Notes under the pieces: model-generated | Told to the model about the DNA's origin: nothing | The model's input: the letters and a program-made list of their open reading frames with translations, nothing else | Databases searched by the model: none | Shown: piece by piece, positions 33,563 through 39,232 of the stretch | How the letters are laid out: every line of letters begins with the position of its first letter | Position numbering within the stretch: the first letter of the stretch is position 1 | IMG/VR virus record: IMGVR_UViG_3300014204_000373 | Reading direction: 5' to 3' (one strand) | Source: a virus | DNA length: 39,232 bases | Program-made: the position numbers and the translations under genes

Positions 33563-33909
33563 AGACGATAGGTACTCAACTCTGCGGCGGAGATGAGCGG
33601 AATATGTAACTGTCTCGCCAGCTCAATCTCTCTTCTAACTCCGGAAGATGTTCCCCAGCCCGGAACCAATACTAGGACGTCGCAAGTCCTGAGTATGACT
33701 AGAGCAGCCTCGAGCCAGAAGTCATAGTCCTGGAGGTCAGCAAAGGGGTGCCAATAGACAATCGGACACTGGGGTATCCACCCAGCCTTGATAGCATCCT
33801 CGATAACACGCTTCGCCTTTGAGACGTTGATCTCTGTCTCGGAGATACTACCTCCACTGTAAGCGCCCGAGATGAATGCTTTCCCTTTGATCTTCATGCT
33901 ATTTCTCAA
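33559..33909 (-). CDS. DUF4406-like (nucleoside 2-deoxyribosyltransferase-like fold) protein
   Basis: KAFISGAYSG near the N-terminus and CDVLVLVPGWGTSSGVRREIELA, which match the DUF4406 pattern. Confidence 0.6.
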   Translation of the reverse strand: MRNSMKIKGKAFISGAYSGGSISETEINVSKAKRVIEDAIKAGWIPQCPIVYWHPFADLQDYDFWLEAALVILRTCDVLVLVPGWGTSSGVRREIELARQLHIPLISAAELSTYRL

Positions 33910-34418
33910 TTACTAGGGCCTAGCAACGACTCGAGTTGGTTCTGAACCACCACACCATTTTCAGTAATTGGCATCATGATAAGCAACCGTTGCTTCGTGA
34001 AAACATAGGGTATGAAGTTCTCCAAGGTCGTATCCGCCTTTACTAAATCGGCTTTCGGGTCAGTGTTTACACTACGATGTGACTTAGTGATGTACTCAAT
34101 TGCCATGTCAAGATCTTCCGTACTTGCAAACTGAGTAATTGCCCCCTCAAACTGACATCGAACAAGAGCCCCGCTTTCCGACATCTTGTAGCAACCGAAT
34201 ATCTCAGGATTGGTTGGATAGAACCTCCACTGCGAACGATGCCTCGGTACCTCGAAGGCCCACGGGGTACCGCTCTCACAATGCGAGACGAAGCCCGACT
34301 TCTGAAGGGTCAAGCAGATAGTCTCGGGGGTGACTCTACTGTACCAGCTGAACCCTATGTTCGACAAGCCGATCACAAGAGCTACCTTGGTGAGAATACT
34401 TACGAGGTTCGTGGTCAT
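33906..34418 (-). CDS. signal-anchor/secreted hypothetical protein, first gene after element g
   Basis: The ATG at 34416-34418 is 5 nt downstream of GCGTAATAA-TGTGC. N-terminus MTTNLVSILTKVALVIGLSNIGF. Confidence 0.5.
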   Translation of the reverse strand: MTTNLVSILTKVALVIGLSNIGFSWYSRVTPETICLTLQKSGFVSHCESGTPWAFEVPRHRSQWRFYPTNPEIFGCYKMSESGALVRCQFEGAITQFASTEDLDMAIEYITKSHRSVNTDPKADLVKADTTLENFIPYVFTKQRLLIMMPITENGVVVQNQLESLLGPSN

Positions 34419-34455
34419 GCACATTATTACGCACCACCTCGAAGGATCTCAACAA
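34419..34455 (-). promoter_or_regulatory. promoter-like element g (GTTGAGATCC-N16-GCGTAATAA-TGTGC-ATG)
   Basis: It ends 5 nt before the ATG of 33906..34418. Confidence 0.5.
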
Positions 34456-34457
34456 GT

Positions 34458-34858
34458 TTAGGCGCTACCCACTGTGGCCTTAGAGCCGAATATTCGGTCC
34501 CATCCGGATCGATACTCATCGCTTGCAACCATGGCTGGACCATGCGGGGTCTTGGCCTGGGTTCCCATCGGAGCGCTGGTACCCTCCCGATTAGGGTTGT
34601 AGATCGATTCCACTTCAAAGTCCCCTACTTGAGAGTCATACTTGACTGAGAGCAGCTCCGCCCCATTCAGGGGTTCCCCTTGCTTCAGCGGTTTGACCCA
34701 CCCGTTGGTGATTCTGTGGTCTGGGTGATGACGTATACAAGGACGTTCCTCGCCGGCACCAACGTCCGGACCTATTACCATTCGGTCACCATCAAACTTG
34801 CACTTGTTATTGACCATTTGAGTATCTACGGTGTCAGGGGGAGCCCTCAATGTCAACA
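34458..34858 (-). CDS. hypothetical protein
   Basis: ATG at 34856-34858 (MLTLRAPPD...). The ORF track gives a TTG at 34871. Confidence 0.4.
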
Positions 34859-35090
34859 TCTTTAGAGGCAAGTTGACACTGAAAGTATGATACTTGTTTC
34901 GAGGTTAGGGTATCCAGTAGATGGTACCTATGGATAAACCTGCATTGACACGGCTTTAAATCGACAAGTCAAGAACAAAATAGATTGATTTGAATCAATC
35001 ACTAGTTTACTGGTTGAAAACCCGGGGCGGGCACGCCGAGTTTGGTAACTTTGAGATAAGTCATAAAAACAACAATGAATTCAAGGTGCT

Positions 35091-35594
35091 ATGAACATAC
35101 ACGAACTAGAAGATACGGTTGAGGCGCTGATTCATCTTAGGTGCTTGAGTAGACCTAGGAGTGGAAAACGGCTACATACTGAGACGGCTACCATGCTACT
35201 GAGTCAATTAGTGCAGGATAACGGATATGATCCGGGTAGCTCAGAGAGGGATGCTGAGAAGCTCAAACTATCTCTTGTAGAAGCTCATCCGTCTCAGAGT
35301 GGGTTCCACATACTCTATCGGCAGCTTGATGTGGTATTGGAGCAAACAGCAAAGATTACGGGAACCTTTGACTTGTTCAGAGAGTTGCAACGGTTTTGCA
35401 ATTTCTGCTCAAAGATGAGGGGTTATGGGGTTACTCAGGACCCTGTAGGGATGTCAATCTACACCTGGTGTCGAGAAGACCAGCGATACCCGGCAACAAC
35501 CCTGGATGGGGCTTCGAAGCTGTACTTGCAGTGGGTTATCGACTCCTATACTAAGGATGACGATTCCTTGTGGGTAAGTTTCAAAATGGCCTAG
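35091..35594 (+). CDS. hypothetical protein
   Basis: ORF track. AAGGTG just 5' of the ATG. Confidence 0.5.
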   Translation: MNIHELEDTVEALIHLRCLSRPRSGKRLHTETATMLLSQLVQDNGYDPGSSERDAEKLKLSLVEAHPSQSGFHILYRQLDVVLEQTAKITGTFDLFRELQRFCNFCSKMRGYGVTQDPVGMSIYTWCREDQRYPATTLDGASKLYLQWVIDSYTKDDDSLWVSFKMA

Positions 35595-35684
35595 AAAAGT
35601 TTGAGTATCTCATAGTATCCTATAGATACTATGCAAAAACTCTGGCGATGTATCATGGAAATCCAAAGTCAGTAAGGCCACTAA

Positions 35685-35891
35685 CGTGGTGGAACCATCG
35701 TACTTTTCCCAAGTCTAACTCTACTTGAGCGAGATACCAAGATGTACTACGTCCACAAGAAGAGCGTAGCCGAAATGGCTCATACCCTCGACGTACCAGA
35801 AGAAGCCGTTTCGTACCGGTTGAGCCGCGGTCGTCAAAGACTCCGAGACCTGCAGACTCGCTCACTTAGTCCCCGGGGCCGTTTAGTTTGA
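35685..35891 (+). CDS. small protein with a sigma-70 region-4-like HTH
   Basis: ...LLERDTKMYYVHKKSVAEMAHTLDVPEEAVSYRLSRGRQRLRD matches the ECF/sigma region 4.2 pattern L..L.eR.R.V......S..EIA..L.V..gTV.SRL.RaR..Lr. GTG at 35685 (AAGG SD) or ATG at 35742. The opposite-strand ORF 35653..35865 was rejected. Confidence 0.4.
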   Translation, partial: RGGTIVLFPSLTLLERDTKMYYVHKKSVAEMAHTLDVPEEAVSYRLSRGRQRLRDLQTRSLSPRGRLV

Positions 35892-35897
35892 TGTTGC

Positions 35898-36299
35898 GTG
35901 AAACCCTATGGTATTGTACGCTTGGGTTGTAAGTCCATGGAAAAGATCGTCAAGAACGTAGCCGCTAGGTTCCATCTAGAGGCAATGTCCAACCTTCTGC
36001 CTGGGGATACCGGGGTTGAAGGAGCTGTTATTTGGATCTCAGCGGGTGAGTTCTATGGTGTGGATGCCCAGCATGGTCCGCGAGTCAAGGTTGTACTTGG
36101 AAACAAGATCACAACTGAAGGGTTGAAAGAAGCAGTGTCAGTACGGATCACGAAGCCACCCGTGGTATTGGGCAAGCTCCCTGGTAAGATTCAAAAACAA
36201 GTCATTCGGTTCATTGAGAAGAATCGGGACGTGCTACTTCGGCATTGGAACGGAGATCTTGGTTCAAAAGAGACATTGAACTTGTTGGAACCTGTGTGA
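35898..36299 (+). CDS. DUF4160-like protein
   Basis: ...HGPRVKVVLGNK...PPVVLGKLPGK..KQVIRFIEKNRDVLLRHWN resembles the DUF4160 core. The start (GTG 35898 or ATG 35937) is uncertain. Confidence 0.35.
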   Translation: MKPYGIVRLGCKSMEKIVKNVAARFHLEAMSNLLPGDTGVEGAVIWISAGEFYGVDAQHGPRVKVVLGNKITTEGLKEAVSVRITKPPVVLGKLPGKIQKQVIRFIEKNRDVLLRHWNGDLGSKETLNLLEPV

Positions 36300-36307
36300 T
36301 CAACCTA

Positions 36308-37258
36308 ATGGAAAAGTATCCTTCAATCGTTCAGTTACCAGACTGCCCTGAGATCTTTCACGTCAAAGAGGTAGTCGCTACCGAGAAACTCCACGGGAGC
36401 AATTTTAGGTTGAGCTTTCCACTCGGCATGAAGAGTATCGAGGAGGTAGGGTACGGCTCGCGCGACCTTGAGTATGGGGTTGGAGACCAAAAGTTCCCCC
36501 TCGGTAGCGTGGTCAACAAGTTCAAGGCTCAAACCGATCTGCTGAACCGTATGCTCGAGGTCCTTATGATCTCGTACGGGTTCTCTGAGGTCACAGTCTT
36601 TGGAGAGGCCTACGGTCCTGGAATCAAAGCCAAAGGAGTCAGGTACAGCACCGGACAGGAACCGCTCTTTCGAGCCTTTGATATCATGGTGGCCCAAAAC
36701 TTCGTCACCTATGACCTGTTTTGCGAGATCTGTGACAAGATTGGTTTGCCTAGGGTTCATGAGGTTTGGCGCGGGGAGCCGACTCAAGCCAACTTCGATG
36801 CTCTACTGGAGAAGCCAAGCACCGAGGGCTTGCTCAATGGATTCGGAGTCGACAACATCTCTGAAGGAGTCGTACTCCGGTCGAATCCGCTCTTCCGGAA
36901 CGTGTTCGGGGAGTGGCTCATCTGCAAGCACAAGTGCGCAAAGTTTGCTGAGGTCGCCCAAGCCGCCTTGGAGAAGATCCCGCGGGGGCCAACGGCGGCA
37001 GATGACTTCGCAGCCAAGTATGTCACCGAGGGTCGTGTCATCAACGCCATCGGTCGACTTCATGACTCAGGTATCGGGCTATCCAATACTATGAAGGACA
37101 TGCCTACCCTCCTAGTAGCGGTTTGCTCTGACCTCGCCAAGGACTACCCCGATGAGATGGTTGAACTTGGGATCACCGAATCATCACTCAAAGGGAACGT
37201 CTCTCGAATACTCGGCCCAATGTACAGAGAGCTACTGAGTAGGGAATTACAAGAGTAA
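36308..37258 (+). CDS. ATP-dependent RNA ligase, Rnl2 family
   Basis: N-terminus MEKYPS... then VATEKLHGSNF (motif I, KxHGxN, as in T4 Rnl2 EKIHGTNF). EGVVLRS (motif IV) and WLICKHK (motif V). Length ~316 aa. Confidence 0.75.
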   Translation: MEKYPSIVQLPDCPEIFHVKEVVATEKLHGSNFRLSFPLGMKSIEEVGYGSRDLEYGVGDQKFPLGSVVNKFKAQTDLLNRMLEVLMISYGFSEVTVFGEAYGPGIKAKGVRYSTGQEPLFRAFDIMVAQNFVTYDLFCEICDKIGLPRVHEVWRGEPTQANFDALLEKPSTEGLLNGFGVDNISEGVVLRSNPLFRNVFGEWLICKHKCAKFAEVAQAALEKIPRGPTAADDFAAKYVTEGRVINAIGRLHDSGIGLSNTMKDMPTLLVAVCSDLAKDYPDEMVELGITESSLKGNVSRILGPMYRELLSRELQE

Positions 37259-37495
37259 GTCTTGCTCCGTACCGTCAGGTCGTTTCAAGACCAATTTTTC
37301 ACCCTGGTCAACATAAGCAGAAGAACCTCATACACGGAAGCTGACCGCCGAACTACCTCAGTGATGCTGTCGGCTTCCGTGAGGTTTTTAACTCGGTCCA
37401 GACGATTTCGTACTCGTTCTGACACTTCGAGGTTCAAACGTACCCTTGGTTCGGTACTGGCTGGTCGAGGCATGTCAAAAGTACACCAGAGTTAG

Positions 37496-37537
37496 ATTGA
37501 GGTTGAGATCTACCGTACCTCGCGCGTAATAGTAGGT
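37496..37537 (+). promoter_or_regulatory. promoter-like element h (GGTTGAGATCTACCGTACCTCGCGCGTAATAG-TAGGT-ATG)
   Basis: Near-identical to d and f. It ends 5 nt before the ATG of 37538..38098. Confidence 0.5.
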
Positions 37538-38098
37538 ATGACAACGATAAGTCTGAGTGCATCATCAGATTACGGTCAATCTGGACAGTACATTGCGATA
37601 TTGACCGGGAGAGCTCCTAAGGTTCATTTTACTCGGTCATTCGTTGGCTCCAAGTATGGGAAGCGCAACGAGGGGACCAGCTACGAAACTGACGAGGCGG
37701 GTCTCTATGAGTGCTGTGATCATACCCGTAAGGGCAAGGTCAAGCGGTACTACATTGTGCTTGAGTTCAATGGTGAGTTGAAGAGACTCCAAACCGACCT
37801 TGAGGACTCACTACTGATTGCCAAGAGGCTTGAGGGGGGTGAGTCCCTGGCTGACGTGGTCGAACTACTAGTTGAGGACGAGAAAGTCGTCTACCGGATC
37901 AACAGTAAGACCGAGGTAAAGAAGGCTAAGGCCGCCGGTGACATCGACGCGGCTGTTGCAGCCATCGTGTCTGCCCTTCAAGCCCTCCCCACCAACCTTC
38001 AGAAGAAAGCTCTCGCGCAAGCCAAAGAGCGTCTCTTCCCACCAACCCCCAAGACCACTACTGCCGAAGGAGAAACCCATGTTCCAGTGGCTACATAA
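37538..38098 (+). CDS. hypothetical protein, first gene after promoter-like element h
   Basis: The ATG is 5 nt downstream of CGCGCGTAATAG-TAGGT. Confidence 0.5.
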   Translation: MTTISLSASSDYGQSGQYIAILTGRAPKVHFTRSFVGSKYGKRNEGTSYETDEAGLYECCDHTRKGKVKRYYIVLEFNGELKRLQTDLEDSLLIAKRLEGGESLADVVELLVEDEKVVYRINSKTEVKKAKAAGDIDAAVAAIVSALQALPTNLQKKALAQAKERLFPPTPKTTTAEGETHVPVAT

Positions 38099-38402
38099 CC
38101 TGCTTGAAGTAGTAGTCCCTTCAGGAATATTAGTGAAGCAGAGGTACGCTAACCTTCAGCAGGACCTGAACGAACTACGAGTTGCCGAGATGTGGATCAC
38201 TGTTTGGTTGGATAACAACAAGGGATCACCTCACTTTCAGGAGATGACCGACATCAAAAACACCTTCAGTGAGCGTGTTGCCCGGTTGGGGGAGACCATT
38301 GATCAGCTCGGGGACACTCTTCAAAAGATAGAGTTTGAGGATGCAAAGAAGCGGCTTTTAGCCAAGAAATTCAGCGAGTCAACTTGGATTGAAAGTGAGT
38401 GA
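38079..38402 (+). CDS. hypothetical protein
   Basis: GAAGGAGAAA SD 3 nt before ATG 38079. Overlaps the previous gene by 20 nt. Confidence 0.5.
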   Translation: MFQWLHNLLEVVVPSGILVKQRYANLQQDLNELRVAEMWITVWLDNNKGSPHFQEMTDIKNTFSERVARLGETIDQLGDTLQKIEFEDAKKRLLAKKFSESTWIESE

Positions 38403-38404
38403 GT

Positions 38405-38773
38405 ATGAATACTGATTGGACCACAGCACCTGGTAAGGGCTCAAACACATCAGACTTGTACAACGAGATCAGCACCAAAGTTGCCGAGATCATCACTGAG
38501 TCTGGTCAGTCCCTCTTGTCGGGTCAAGTACTAAGGGTTGCCCACATGATAGTGTCACACATGGCACACCTCTACCGGTTGACGCCTCAAGACTCTGAAC
38601 CCTCTAAAGAACCCATAGTGCTCGAGGTAGGTGCTCGTTTAGAGCACCTTAGGAATGCTCTTGATGTGATCAGCAATGGTATGTCAGAGGCGACCGAGGA
38701 TGATCTTAGAATGGTGGCCCGAGAAGCTCTTTTGTGGTTAGCTGACCGTAAAGCAAAATGGGAACTTAAGTAA
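38405..38773 (+). CDS. hypothetical protein
   Basis: ATG at 38405 just after the previous stop. Followed by long inverted repeats. Confidence 0.5.
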   Translation: MNTDWTTAPGKGSNTSDLYNEISTKVAEIITESGQSLLSGQVLRVAHMIVSHMAHLYRLTPQDSEPSKEPIVLEVGARLEHLRNALDVISNGMSEATEDDLRMVAREALLWLADRKAKWELK

Positions 38774-38793
38774 TCGGACACCAGGTGTCCGGG

Positions 38794-38855
38794 AGATGGT
38801 TGACACCTGGTGTCATGGTTCTTTGGAGACCTAGGACAGCAGGTGTCAACCATCT
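38794..38855. repeat. 21-bp inverted repeat (one mismatch) AGATGGTTGACACCTGGTGTC / GACAGCAGGTGTCAACCATCT with a 20-nt loop, plus flanking small IRs, between convergent genes
   Basis: Read directly. A convergent terminator or protein-binding site. Nested GGACACC-AG-GTGTCC and TGACACC-TG-GTGTCA palindromes. Confidence 0.45.
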
Positions 38856-39232
38856 AGGTCCTGTACTGCCATCTCTGGACCTTGTCGAACGAACTTCCAA
38901 GTTTCGTTTTCGCCCATCACCCAAGTGTTCGTGATCTTGTGGAACATCTCTGGGTTTGCCTGCAGTAGAAGCATCTGAGCTAGCATTTGGTCGTGATCCG
39001 GAACTAAGTCCTCACTCACGATGCAATACATGTGAGTCTGTTTGCCATCCTCGATGCGAAACACATTGTGATGGTGCTTGTCCGTGATGAGGTATTGGTA
39101 GCCATCGCCTCCGATGACTGTAAACTCCCCAGTGGCCTCGAACTGAACCAGTTGCTCTTCACTGAGATGCTGGGTAAGAATAGCCCGAGCTTTGGCTAGT
39201 ATTCTCTCACGCTTTTCCTTCTTCGCGCGCCG
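38846..39232 (-). CDS. hypothetical protein, 5'-truncated by the right window edge (at least 128 aa)
   Basis: The minus-strand frame is open from the window edge through the track ORF 38846..39064 (...RRAKKEKRERILAKARAIL...HHNVFRIEDGKQ...). Confidence 0.45.
   Translation of the reverse strand, partial: RRAKKEKRERILAKARAILTQHLSEEQLVQFEATGEFTVIGGDGYQYLITDKHHHNVFRIEDGKQTHMYCIVSEDLVPDHDQMLAQMLLLQANPEMFHKITNTWVMGENETWKFVRQGPEMAVQDLDG

Noticed and set aside
35653-35865. Minus-strand 70-aa ORF in the gap between 35594 and 35898.
   Set aside because: The plus-strand frame across the same DNA encodes a recognisable sigma region-4 HTH. The minus ORF has no start context and has odd composition.
36335-37094. 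ORFs 36335..36787 (minus), 36600..37094 (plus), 36784..37063 (minus) overlapping the RNA ligase gene.
   Set aside because: They are alternative-frame artefacts of a gene with clear ligase motifs in the annotated frame.
1-39232. Possibility that the window is from a eukaryotic giant virus or a eukaryote, prompted by the MVP homolog.
   Set aside because: Genes have GGAGG/AAGGAG Shine-Dalgarno sites at proper spacing, ATGA and TAATG coupled overlaps, and intrinsic-terminator-like hairpins. No introns or poly-A-type signals were seen. The organisation is bacterial or phage. The host taxon cannot be told from the sequence alone.
1-39232. CRISPR arrays, rRNA, integrase, transposase and IS elements were looked for.
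   Set aside because: No regularly spaced direct repeats, no rRNA-like conserved stretches, and no recombinase or transposase motifs (tyrosine-recombinase R..HxxR..Y or DDE) were recognised in any translated ORF.

Overview
This 39.2 kb window is a gene-dense, intron-free stretch of a tailed dsDNA bacteriophage, or prophage-like, genome with about 50% GC. It holds about 75 protein-coding genes in alternating strand blocks. GGAGG-type Shine-Dalgarno sites and frequent ATGA or TAATG stop/start overlaps indicate a bacterial host. I saw no rRNA, tRNA, CRISPR array, integrase or transposase.

Products I recognised from their sequence:
- a full-length major vault protein (MVP) homolog (8750..11380, minus strand);
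- NAD kinase;
- a RelA/SpoT-type HD (p)ppGpp-hydrolase-like protein;
- an ADP-ribosylglycohydrolase;
- an Rnl2-family RNA ligase;
- a DUF262 (ParB-like, DGQQR-motif) protein;
- two nucleoside 2-deoxyribosyltransferase-like (DUF4406/SLOG) proteins;
- a HAD 5'(3')-deoxyribonucleotidase-like phosphatase;
- a tail-fibre-like protein followed by a GHSGG alpha/beta hydrolase;
- a terminase-like P-loop ATPase;
- a HicB-like protein;
- a small sigma-70 region-4-like HTH protein.

Two repeated signals that the gene list does not explain stand out.
- **Promoter-like element.** A bipartite element of about 35 bp (GTTGAGAT, a spacer of 15-18 nt, then GCGTAATA) occurs at least eight times. In six copies it ends exactly 5 nt before an ATG start codon. 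I read it as a phage promoter that gives leaderless or near-leaderless mRNAs.
- **C-terminal tag.** A peptide [S/T]-R-Y-E-R-x-[W/P/L]-V-I-stop ends at least eight otherwise unrelated small proteins, often in tandem pairs. Its codons vary mainly at synonymous positions, which implies selection on the peptide. I treat it as a candidate sorting or cargo-loading tag, possibly linked to the MVP shell.

Other features are several long perfect palindromes and hairpins, including a 410-nt non-coding region with a 15-bp-stem hairpin, and paralogous domain-shuffled gene pairs. All calls rest on reading the sequence by eye; no database searches were run.
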